Shown here: in pieces, positions 1-11,165 of the stretch
How the letters are laid out: the number at the start of each line of letters is the position of its first letter
Numbering within the stretch: the stretch's first letter is position 1
From: Atractiella rhizophila
Taxonomy: Eukaryota
Length of the DNA: 53,867 nt
Assembly: GCA_021432655.1 (NCBI GenBank)
Contig: MU271340.1
Span: 32,566 to 86,432 of the forward strand
Direction of reading: 5' to 3'
Notes under the pieces: generated by a model
Databases searched by the model: none
What the model saw: only the letters and a program-made list of their open reading frames with translations
What the model was told of the DNA's origin: nothing
Position numbers and translations under genes: made by a program

Positions 1-1493
1 GTTTGAAGTCTTTGTACAAACTATATGACCCTTTGTGCAAACCTATGGACCCTTGTACAAACGTTTGAAGCCTTGTACAAACTATATGACCCTTTGTGCA
101 AACCTATGGACCCTTGTACAAACGTTTGAAGCCTTTGTACAAACGTTTGAAGCCTTTGTACAAACGTTTTAAGCCTTTGTACAAACTATAGGACCCTTTG
201 TGCAAACCTATGGACCCTTTGTACCCTTTGTACAAACGTTTGAAGTCTTTGTGCAAACCTATGGACCCTTTGTACCCTTTGTACAAACGTTTGAAGTCCT
301 TTGTACAAACTATATGACCCTTTGTGCAAACCTATGGACCCTTTGTACAAACGTTTGAAGCCTTTGTACAAACGTTTGAAGCCTTTGTACAAACGTTTTA
401 AGCCTTTGTACAAACTATAGGACCCTTTGTGCAAACCTATGGACCCTTTGTACCCTTTGTACAAACGTTTGAAGTCTTTGTACAAACTATATGACCCTTT
501 GTGCAAACCTATGGACCCTTGTACAAACGCCCTTTGTACAAACGTTGTGAAGCCTTTGTACAAACGTTTGAAGCCTTTGTACAAACTATACGACCCTTTG
601 TGCAAACTATGGACCCTTTGTACCCTTTGTATAAACGTTTGAAGCCCTTTGTACAAACTATAGGACCCTTTGTGCAAACTTATGCACCATTGTACAAAAC
701 GTTTGAAGTCTTTGTACAAACGTTTGGAGCGTTTGTACAAACTATGACGACCCTTTGTACAAACTATGGACCTCTTTGTAGCCTTTGTATAAACTATAGG
801 ACCCTTTGTGCAAACCTATGCACCCTTGTACAAACGTTTGAAGTCTTTGTACAAACTATAGGACCCTTTGTCCAAACTAATGGACCCTTTGTACCCTTTG
901 TACAAACGTTTGAAGTCTTTGTGCTTTGTAGAAACTATAGGACCCTTTGTGCAAACCTATGGAACCTTTTACAAACGTTTGAAGTCTTTGTACAAACTAT
1001 AGGACCCTTTGTGCAAACTTATGGACCCTTGTACAAACGTTTGAAGTCTTTGTTCAAACGTTTGAAGCCTTTGTACAAACTATAGGACCCTTTGTGCAAA
1101 CTTATGCACCATTGTACAAACGTTTGAAGTCTTTGTACAAACTATAGGACCCTTTGTGCAAAACCTATGGACCCTTGTACAAACGTTTGAAGTCTTTGTA
1201 CAAACTATACGACCCTTTGTGGAAACCTATGGACCCTTTGTACCCTTTGTACAAAACTATAGGACCCTTTGTGTAAACCTTATGGACCCTTTGTGCAAAC
1301 GTTTGGAGTCTTTGTACAAACGTTTGAAGTCTTTGTACAAACTATACGACCCTTTGTGCAAACTATGGACCCTTTGTACCCTTTGTACAAACGTTTGAAG
1401 TCTTTGTGTCTTTGTACAAACTATAGGACCCTTTGTGCAAAGCTATGGAACCTTGTACAAACGTTTGAAGTCTTTGTACAAACGTTTGAAGCC
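1..1493. repeat. Complex tandem satellite of ~21-bp related units (AAACGTTTGAAGYCTTTGTAC / AAACTATAGGACCCTTTGTGC / AAACCTATGGACCCTTTGTAC); runs off the left edge
   Basis: Units are directly visible, built from palindromes TTTGTACAAA and AAACGTTT. The overlapping ORFs translate as repetitive peptides. Confidence 0.95.
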
Positions 1494-1651
1494 CAAACAT
1501 GTTTCCCATGTTTCCCAGGTATCCAAACGTGTTTCCCATGATATCAAACATGTTTCCGAAGTTTGCAAACATGTTTCCGAAGTTTGCAAACATGTTTCCG
1601 AAGTTTGCAAACATGTTCCCAGGTATCCAAACGTGTTTCCCAGGATATCAA
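1494..1651. repeat. Second short tandem array (AAACATGTTTCCGAAGTTTGC-type 21-mers)
   Basis: Three consecutive AAACATGTTTCCGAAGTTTGC units plus degenerate AAAC(A/G)TGTTTCCC variants. Confidence 0.9.
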
Positions 1652-1655
1652 ATAG

Positions 1656-3538
1656 AGTCAATGGCATTTCGAGAGCATATCAGGATATTCAATAATGCTT
1701 TTGCATTTACATCCTTAGGCGTCCGCCAGGTATCAATTCCTAGACATGGTCCCTACTCCTTCAAAATTCAGGGAGAGCTATGCCACCTTATTGGCACTCT
1801 TTTACCACAACAAGAAGGGTGTGAAACATTTGCACAGGTCTACATTACAGATTCAGCTGTACAGATTGAACGAAGAGTTGGCAACACTTCAATATCACTG
1901 AATCGTAGGACGCTTGAAGACCTTCAGGCTATGCTCTTCCGTGTCAACCCATATCCCAGGATCTACAAATTTGCAAAAGAAAGAATGGAACAGGATCCCA
2001 CTACAACACTACATCTTCGCACAGTCGCCCCACGAGATAGGGACCCAAGACGCTACAACATTCCTGTAGCCAGTGAAGTTGCTGTAGTGATGTTAGGAGA
2101 CGGTAACAGAGAAGAATATGGAGTGGCCAGAGATATTGTCATCCATCTCAGGGCAACCAGGACCGGTAGCAACTTACAGCGTGTGAATGAGCTCAACTCA
2201 AATTATCTTCCACTTCGTTTTCCTCTTCTGTTTCCATATGGCGACCAAGGATGGCATCTGCAGATTCCGTATCGAGACCTGCCTGCAGATCTTCCTCCTC
2301 ACGAGCAAGAGCACTTCAATGATGACGGCATGCAAGTTGGTAATTCTGGGGTTCGACAACGTGTCAGTCAAATGGAGTTCTATTCTTACATGTTGCATCA
2401 ACGAAATGATATATTCTCACTCCCTCTCTACTGTGGTTGATTACTGCAAGAATTGGTAGTCGATGCTTATACTCAAATTGAGGTGAATCGACTCCGCTAT
2501 CTGCGGCTCAATCAAGTCTATTCTTTGAGCCGAGGTGTATCAAGGTCTTACGAATGCCCTTGCAGAAGGCTATTCTTTAGAAGATATCGGGAGGTGGACT
2601 ATATTACCATCAAGTTTCACTGGCAGTCCACGTTCAATGAATCAGCTGTTCCAGGATGCAATGACTATAGTTGGTGCCAAAGGACCCCCAAATATCTTTA
2701 CAACCTTCACTTACAACCCACACTGGGCAGAGATCACGGAAGCCCTCCTACCAGGACAAAAACCAGAGCATCGACCAGATTTGGTTTCAAGGGTTTTTTG
2801 ACTGAAGGCTCTGGAGTACATCAAGGATTTAGTGGTACAACAGATCTTTGGAAGGGTTATCAGATATGTCTAGGTCATTGAATGTCAGAAGAGAGGTCTA
2901 CCACATGCCCACATCATGTGGATGGCATCAACGATCACTTGATTCAGTGGCTCGAATCCATAGGAGATTGGGTATATTATAGTGCAGATCAAATTATAGA
3001 TGACGAGGGAGATCTCAGAAACTGCTTCTCTGTTGAGTACCTGAATACCCTGGAGATCTCTGGATTCCCTTCGCATCGTTTACACCTCAAGGCCAGTGCA
3101 CCCATTATTCTTCTGCGAAATCTCAATCCATCTGCTGGCCTGTGCAACGGCATGCACCTCATTGTCACTCAGCTTCTCCGACGAGTCATCGAAGCAACCA
3201 TCATTACAGGTACACACAGTGGCGAATCAGTTCTCATTCCTTGAATTGGCATTGACAGTGCAGTATCAAACCAGCTTCCTTTTCAATTCCGGCGCTTTCA
3301 ATTCCCTGTGCGCTTAGCGTTTGCCTTAACTCTGAATAAAGCGCAAGGACAATCTGTTGGACATGTGGGTTTGTACTTAGAGTCTTCTCCTTTCTCTCAT
3401 AGGCAGCTTTATCTTGGTCTTTCACGGGTTTCAAACGCAAACAATTTACGAGTATTGGTCAAAACAAAGCAAGGAGAAGAAAACAAGCAAACAGATAATG
3501 TAGTTTACAAGGAAGTGTTACAAGTACTCAATCACTGA
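1656..3538 (+). pseudogene. Helitron Rep/PIF1-helicase (RepHel) pseudogene, family A
   Basis: Contains FREHIRIFNNAFAFTSLG, YLPLRFPLLFPYG, ILPSSFTGSPR, FTTFTYNPHW and HUH motif 2 (E.QKRGLPHAHI). This is fused at ~2916 to the helicase C-terminus (PIILLRNLNP..GLCNG, LAFALTLNKAQGQS). Stops and frameshifts are present. Confidence 0.92.
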
Positions 3539-3649
3539 TCATCTCTCAGCATGTTCCTAACAGTATAGTCAAAAGCTGAAGTGGTTCTCCGAGGAGACCA
3601 CTCAGCTTTCATTGTTTTTTGAAGACAGTAGAGTACGTATGGTGAGTCT

Positions 3650-3759
3650 GTGCTCGCCGAACGCGAGGCCCCACACAGTGGCCGCCAGAGGCTGGGGTCC
3701 AAGGGGCGAAGCCCCTGGCGGGGGGGGATGCCCGAGGGACGAGGGCACTGACACACTCG
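3650..3759 (+). terminator. Helitron 3'-terminal hairpin module (rolling-circle termination signal)
   Basis: CTCGCCGAACGCGAG, AGGGGC-GAA-GCCCCT (3702-3716), TGCCC-N9-GGGCA (3729-3747), then CTGACACACTCG. The same module occurs at 17951-18088 and at 27634-27745 (minus). Confidence 0.75.
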
Positions 3760-3769
3760 TTTATTTTCA

Positions 3770-5070
3770 GAGCAGACGTACTGAGCGAAAAAGAAATCAA
3801 TGTAGCGAGAGCTGGGGTGTCTTCACTATCGATGTCGTGTAGCACGTCTGATTTCCTCTCCTCTGTTTCTTTTGCCAGGGTTGGGATAAGGACGTCAATT
3901 CTTTGTTGGCAAGAACGAAGAGCTTGATAGACAAGATGTGCTGATCCAGCATGAGTCTTAAGCTGCTGTTCTGCACAATCTTCTCCCACATATGCACATA
4001 TGCATGCTTGAAAAAGTCCAGCGCTGCAGAGTTGCTTAAGCCATCGGTTGTCAGCTGCTGAAATTCCATACCATGGACGTTCACTCGGTATACTTGATGA
4101 TCTCCTCAGCATACCATCATGAGAATGGAGTCAGAGTTATGGTTGGCAGAAAGAAGCGGTTGAAAGAATTCTGGCAGGTTCCCCTTGTCCCACTCCGTGG
4201 GGTCTCGAAATTGTCCAGGATAAGGAAACATGTGTTAAGGTTGAAATATCGTGCAAGTTTGTTTTCCGTAGGCTGAGGCACTATTCCAAAGACTTGCCTG
4301 CAAAGGTTCGTAGACAGTGAGGAAAATGGCGAGAATGTGTCGCATTGTGCCCAAAACTGGAAGTCTTCCTCTGTACAGTCCATAATAGTCGTGAATGCAC
4401 GCTTGACTTGCTTGTCATGCAGGACTTGTCGAGCCACAGTAGACTTTCTGCTGCCAGCACCACCCATGATCGCAAGATGCTTCCTCTGGGTAAGGATGCA
4501 CTTGATTGCCTCTTGAATGTCATACACTCTTCTGTAATACGCTCTCAGAGGAAGTAACAGAAGCTTCCTGTGCACTGCAATCCATTCCTTATGACCTAGA
4601 CCAGGAAGTAAGCATGAAACCACCAATCATGCAATCATGGAGAATACCTTGTACAAGTGACCTAGTTGCGGAGGAGACGTCATAGTTCATTGCTTCCATG
4701 TAAGCCTTCATGCAGCCTATACATCATTTCTTTGCTCCAATTCCTCGCATTTAAAGTCTCCAAATGTATCAACCAAAAATGATGCTGGCAATGACCCATC
4801 TCACGATCCTGCATCTTCACCTTCACATTATTCGAAATCTTGCAGCAATCATTGACTGTTGCCTTCAACACTTCATCGACATCATCCTGTGTGTGGCGTC
4901 AACTTAACCACCCACGCATCTCCCGGACCGAGAGACACAAGACGGGCAATCTTACTCCTGGGTCCCAAACTTCGCTTGGCTTCGTCGACAGGTACCAATG
5001 TAGGGTTGTTGACATTGAGCTGAACGTAGCTGGTGGAATCTTCATTCATGGGAAGGAAGAAAGGAGGATG
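3770..5070 (-). pseudogene. Fungal NLR-like STAND/NB-ARC NTPase remnant
   Basis: ORF 4117-4626 has a degenerate P-loop (HLAIMGGAGSRKSTVARQVLH) and a Walker-B-like CFLILDNFETP, typical of basidiomycete STAND NTPases. Fragmented; boundaries approximate. Confidence 0.6.
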
Positions 5071-5889
5071 GGCAGAGGTGAGCCTTGCAGCTTGCCAGAC
5101 GAAATATGGGGCAACAGATCTTGAGGCAGCTCCAGCATCACAAATGTCATAGGTGCGCATCTCTGTGGAAACAACAAACAGTGTTGTCTGCTTCCTCCAG
5201 TTTGACAGAGTGTGATATTCCCTCAGCACCACCAATGCTTTGGGCTTCCTTTTAGCAGGCCATGCAGTAAGCTTTCCTCCAGCAACAGGTGTCAAGGATG
5301 AAGCCCTGGAAGTTTGCAGGGTGGGTTGGATGATGCAGAAGTGACAGATTAGAGTACCTAGTGCCTGGAAAGCGGTAAATGCTAGTGCAGGAATCCAAAA
5401 CCAAACGGCTGCGGGACTTCCAACAACTCTAAATAATTTCAAACTCCTCTGTTGCTCTCGTCGGCTTTAAACGGAACTTGGACATGGAACTTTATTCATA
5501 CCCCCTTTGGGCAGTTGAGTGTCACCTGATTGAGCTAGGTCCCCTACGATTTCAGTCACATGATCATAACGTTGTGTTCTTACCTTCCTATCTTCCCCGT
5601 TCCCCATCTTCTTATTTCCCATCTTCTTTCTGTTAGTATAGTAATATTGATTATTTGTGCACGCAATGTTGCCCCACCGTCTCTCTATTACTTCATTATC
5701 TTATCATGGCTTATGTTTGAGATGGGGTCCTTTGGAGATGATAATATTGTCTACTACTAGACCCTTAAACATGGAATTGTACACCCTAATTACCAAAGTT
5801 GTAATTGACAAACGGAAGTACAATAGTGCAAATAAGTAAAACGGACTTGAAGAATACGAGCAAGTGAATGGGTTAGTTAAAGGGGTTCT

Positions 5890-7580
5890 GGGAGTTACAT
5901 CTCCTCGTTCAGATCGGCATATACTTCATTCAAAGCCTTGTCTTCATCAGATTCAGAAGCAGGGTAGATGACAGCATCAGAATAGTGGCGAAGAAGAATC
6001 CACATGAATGTTCTTCCTTCGCCATCTTCAGCTTGGACAATCCCGATCAAATGATGGATCTGGTCAAGAGTTGCTAGGCGGTACTCATCGCTCCACTGGC
6101 AGAGGATCTCACTCTTGAAGAGGTTTGTTCGTTTGCTGAAAAGCTGATTGACCGCAAAGAGCTTGTTGTCCGCTCCATTTGTGGTGGGGTCAAAGAAAGT
6201 CTCTGGAATTCGAATGTAGACGACAGCCTTGCCGTAGAAGTACTATCCAGTGTTGTCAATGCCCTAACTACATATTAGAAGGAGGGCTGTTATGTATGTC
6301 AATGGAAAGCTGACCTGAAACCTATGAGCCCTCCTTACTTCGAGTTTCCAAGACTGTTCCAGCCTCCAAGAGCAAACAACATCCCCATTAGCCAAAGTAC
6401 ACCGACCCCAGTGCTCCATAACCATCTTCTCCACATCAATCCCATTAAGATTCTTGCCATGATCAGCGCAGTACGTTCGAATCAATATGAGCTCTTGCAT
6501 CCATTCCTTATAATACTTGGTTCCTAGCAGTTTGGCAAGCTTGGTAAGAGGAATAGATGTCCAGCGAGGCGAAGAGACGGAGTTGCGAGAGGATGCTGAG
6601 GAAAACTGTCAGTATCGAGAAGCAGAGGTCCCATAAAGGGGATGTCGAATAGGGTAGAGGATATCTATGATGTTCAACTGTTCCTGCAGCAGAGCTTGGC
6701 TGAGAAGATTTTCTTGATACTTGTTGTCCTACTTGGTGTGTTTTTTAGGTAGCCAATCATTCCCTCCATTGGGAATTGCAAGAATAGGAGCCCTGGCCCC
6801 CAGCAGAGAATCCAGTCAGCGATATGCAAGAGATGGTGAATGTACATGGGCATTTGAACGAGTCGAGAGCGATCGCCATGTACATATATCTTTTCCCAAC
6901 TCCTTGTAGAAGTACCAGAGGGCTGAGAAGGAAATTACCATAGATCCTAATGACCCTCTGAACTGACCTGAATGGAAGAAAAATGTCATCCTCGTCTGTC
7001 TCTGCCTCTATTCTTTCTTGGGCAACTGGGCTGTGAGCGTTCTCGTCCCCTCACTCAATTAATTCTCCCTGGCAGAACAGTTTTGACTGATGAATCACTG
7101 AATGTGATGAACGATAGATCGTCAGTCCCTCAGTCTACATCGTTCTCTTTGCCCAACAATTCGTAGTTTCCGTAACGAGAGCTTCAGATTTGATATCTTA
7201 TTCGAATCTTGCTTTCGGCTTCACTTCCTATGTCCTCGTTCCCACCAACCTTAAGGTTGGGAGACGACCTGTAAGTTGACATTACTAATCTCTGGAAGAG
7301 AGAATGTTAATGATTCTTCAAGGTCCTCCTCGTGTCTCAGATCATCTTCTGCGTCTTCCTCCTCGTCAGCGCAAACTGCAACACCTTCGGCTCTTTTATG
7401 GCTGCTCGTGCACTCCATCGGCAGTGGAGTTTGCGAAGCTCTCCCTGTCCAGCTTGTCAACAACGTCTTCTTCCTACACGAGATCCTATGGAGACCTTTC
7501 ACTTATCTTGAAGTCCCCACTTGTCTCTGGGTTATCGTGCGTGCTTTCTCTTGAATGTTTTAGGACAAGATGATGACCAT
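5890..7580 (-). mobile_element. Degenerate En/Spm (CACTA)-like transposase relic
   Basis: The minus strand at ~6750-6850 reads IHHLLHIADWILCWGPG...QFPMEGMIGYLK, resembling the HxLxH...WGP..FPxER motif of En/Spm-type transposases. Further fragments at 6074-6500. No TIRs found. Confidence 0.55.
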
Positions 7581-7760
7581 GGCAAGTAGTTGATCTATGG
7601 TATCGAAATCAGAATTGGTGCATTCGCGTGAGTGCTGATATTTTCATCCTCCGATGACACATTAAATGACCAGGAAATAGATACTCTTACACCTTCCCTA
7701 TCCTCATTCAAGCCCCTCCATACAACTGGTCTCAGATCAATTCTGGACTTATCTCGCTAG

Positions 7761-8362
7761 CAAATCTCGCTGGATACTTAACGGCCACACCGTTATCCTT
7801 CATCATTGATCGCTATCCCGCTTGGAGGACACGAAAGAATGGCGGAATCAGAGAGGCCGAGATGAGGTTGCCAGTCCTCATCCCTGCTTGCTTCATCGGT
7901 CCCGCTGGTATGTTGCTCTACGGATTCGCGGCTGCGAAACAGCTCCATTGGTTCGCCTACTTTGTCAGTTTCCTCTGTACCCTTTCCAAATAAGGAGTTC
8001 GACCTTGTGATTCTTTATAGGTTGGAGCGTTCATGTCGAACTTTTCTGCGTTCTTCTACTGTACCGTCTCATTGGCGTATGCCACCGATAGCTATTCCGC
8101 TAACCTCTCAAAGATGCTCGTCATCATGAACTTGGGCAAGCAAGCCATCTCCTTCGGTCTCTCCCTCGACCTTCTCAGCTGGATCCTCAAAAACGGCTAC
8201 GAAGTCATTCTCGGCGGCGCCTTCACCTCTGTTCTGCTCTTCGTCCACATTTGGATCTTCCCCTTCATCCTCTGGGGAAAGAAAATTCGTGTCCTCACGA
8301 ATTCCGGACCCTTGGCTAGGCTCCACAAGAGGAGTATTCAGGTGAAGGGTGAGACTCATTGA
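7761..8362 (+). pseudogene. 3' portion of an MFS transporter gene (5' part missing)
   Basis: Reads ...RKNGGIREAEMRLPVLIPACFIGPAGMLLYGFAAAKQLHWFAYF, an intron ending ~8020, then LAYATDSY...LWGKKIR. These are fungal MFS C-terminal motifs. Confidence 0.75.
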
Positions 8363-9565
8363 GTTGGCTTGTCGTGCTTCATTCAGCCTACATTCTACAG
8401 TTAGAGCTTATTTTTTTGGACTTGCAAATGCTTATATCCTCCCTCATCTAATGAGCTGGGTTGTGCTTGTAATTCATCTCATTTTCTTGGGTTATCCGTA
8501 ACACACCTTCCATTCCACCTAATATTTACAGTAGAGATCGATGGTCCACGCATAAAGTGGAAGTCTGCAGAGCAGTCATTAAAAAGTCCATTCACGTCCA
8601 TCACATCATAGCACGACTATTCCCATCACAGAGAAAGCCAGTAAAGTAGCAAAGTCAAGGAGTGTCGCAATGGCCAACACATGAGCAGCGGCACCTTTGT
8701 CCCCATCCTATATATCTATTCTTCTAAGAGCGTTGGGTTTCTTGGCATGAGTCATAAGACGCACTTTTGAGCCCTTACACTCCCTCAGCATACACAATAG
8801 AATGAAATATATTATACCATCATATCCCATATGCTTGTCCTTTTCTGAACCTGCAAGGAAATTTTATTCTGAAAAGGTTGAAAAATGCGTTTTGTACTGG
8901 ACTCGAACCCTTGAAAGCAAGAAAATAGCCAACTCTGTCCCGCAATTCCGCCGCCGCAGCCCCGCAATGAACCAAATTCCGCCGCAGCAGGCTTACCCAG
9001 AGTTGCCCTGCATTTGCAGCCTTGCCCTGAATTGCCCTGCATACTTGTGATTTGTTTATATAGCGTGGTTTGATCATTTCTCAGTTGTGTGCCAAAAGTT
9101 GGCTTTTCCCATTCATGAGGGAAAGGAAGGACTAACATGTAAGTGAAATATAGCCTCTTACATGCTTCTGATGGCCAAGTAAACTCATTATGCCCCCATC
9201 CCAAGCAGAAAAAAGGTGCTGAGACACGAATTCGGGCCCAACAGCAGAGGCGAGAAGATAGCCCTGTTGATCTCCCCCACTGTTCAGAGAGACATGCTGC
9301 AGGATTGCCTCAGCGCTTTCAGCTTACACAACCCACACCTCGCCGACGGCAGCCAGACCCTCCACCTTTACATGAAGAAATCGATGACAGTCTCTCAGAT
9401 GGACAGCTGGAGGGTGGATTTGATTTCACAATCTTCCTAACCAAATAGTGATAGCTTCTCGGGATGCAAGACAAGATCAGCATCCTTTTTCCGCATTCAA
9501 CTACTTACCACACACAGTGGAGGCCATCCGACTTTTGGGATGGAATGAAGCCTTTTGCTCAGAAT

Positions 9566-9910
9566 TGCTGGATTTAGCCAATTGCACTAAAATGACCAGT
9601 CATTCCCAACAGTGCAGATTAACCCTTTATACCCAAGGTTCAACACCCTTCCCTAATCTGTACTGTCTGCAACCACTTTCTCTGCCACAACCATTTCCTT
9701 CTATCATTTATAGTGGGGAAGAGCACCCACTCAACAGCTTTTATAGTGGTTTTGCCCCACTCTCACAATATGGCTAAAGTGCTCAGACAGGGGTTCGAAC
9801 CCGGACATGCAGGGTCAGCTCTCGCTACCATGCTGGATTTAGCCAATTGCACTAAAATGACCAGTCATTCCCAACAGTGCAGATTAACCCTTTATACCCA
9901 AGGTTCAACA
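9566..9910 (-). mobile_element. TRIM-like non-autonomous LTR retrotransposon (345 bp)
   Basis: Identical 80-bp TG...CA direct repeats at 9566-9645 and 9831-9910. 5-bp TSD AGAAT (9561-9565 / 9911-9915). PBS TGGTAGCGAGAGC (minus, 9818-9830). PPT AGGGAAGGG (minus, 9646-9654). Removing it restores the Helitron frame FCSECDAFHW. Confidence 0.93.
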
Positions 9911-11165
9911 AGAATGTGATGCTTTTCATTGGCTCGAGGAACGGATAGCAAGGAGCTCTAAGCGGAATCCAAAGTTTTCTAACTGTTGTTCTCTGGGAAA
10001 GATTAGTCTTCCTGATTATGAAGAACCACCAGCAGAATTACATCAGCTATTAATCAACCCAGATACCCAAGAATCAAAGCAGTTTCGAGAAAATATCCGC
10101 TCCTACAATAACGCTCTTTCCTTTACTTCTCTTGGAATCAAGTGGCCTCCTATTCCTGGGCAAGGAGTTTACTCTTTTCGGATTCAAGGGGAGCTGTGCC
10201 ATCGCATTGGAGCTTTGCTACCTGATTCTGACGGAGATGAACGGTTTGTACAAATCTATATGCTGGATTCTGAAGAGCAGATTCGACAAAGAGTAGAGAC
10301 CTTTGGACAGCACAAACTCAGGGAAGGGACTCTGAGGAAGTTGCAAGGAATGATGTGGCGGGTCAATCCCTGGCCGGAAATTTATAAAACAGCAAGAGAG
10401 CGCATGGAAGATAATCTGACTTTGAACCTCCACCTCCGAACTATCAATCCTACTGATCAGGACCCTCAACGATACAACAGGCCAACAGGTCATGGCATAG
10501 GAGATATTGCAGTACTTCTCATAGGTGAACAGTCAGCAGCTACCGCAGGTATCACAAGGGATATTGTGGTTAAACTTCGACGTCCTGATGGTCAGAATTT
10601 CTTTGAAACAGTTAGTGATCAGAACGCCAACTACCTTCCTCTACGCTTTCCACTTTTGTTTCCCTACGGCGAGCAAGGTTGGCACGCATATATCCCCCTC
10701 AGTCATGGAGACTTGCTCCAACGTGGTCCACGAGAGGAATATCGAAACGATGAAGGACAAATAGTTGGTAATATGGGGGAACAGAAACACATTGCTCAGA
10801 TGAACTACTACTCTTACCTGCTTCACCTAAAGAAGGACACATTCTCTCTAATTCAACATGGTGGCTGCCTGTTCCAAGAATTGGTCTGTGACGCTTATGC
10901 TCAGATAGAAAGTGGAAGATTGAGGTTCCTGAGGTACAATCAAGAACTTCTCCGAACTGAGTCTTATCCTGGACTTGGCGATGCATTAGAAGATGGTCGA
11001 GATGCTGCAGATGTTGGGAAGCGGACCATTCTACCATCGTCACACACTGGAAGTCCCCGCCAAATGAACCAGCAATTCCAAGATGCTATGGCGATTGTTG
11101 GGAACCGAGGTTCACCTGCTATCTTCACAACTTTCACTTGCAATCCAAGGTGGCCAGAAATCATA

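Larger units (their letters stand above)
1652..3759 (+). mobile_element. Helitron family A copy A1 (5' part not present, internally deleted), 3' end ...CACACTCG|T
   Basis: RepHel homology (see next feature), close nucleotide similarity to 23230-23876 and to 27634-28490 (minus), and subterminal hairpins at 3654-3747. Confidence 0.92.

Noticed and set aside
1..1651. CRISPR array or telomeric repeat
   Set aside because: No unique spacers, no cas genes, eukaryotic context, and no TTAGGG-type unit.
104..1695. ORFs on both strands over the satellite, including the repetitive N-terminus of ORF 1499-2440
   Set aside because: They are by-products of stop-poor 21-bp repeats, with no protein-like complexity.
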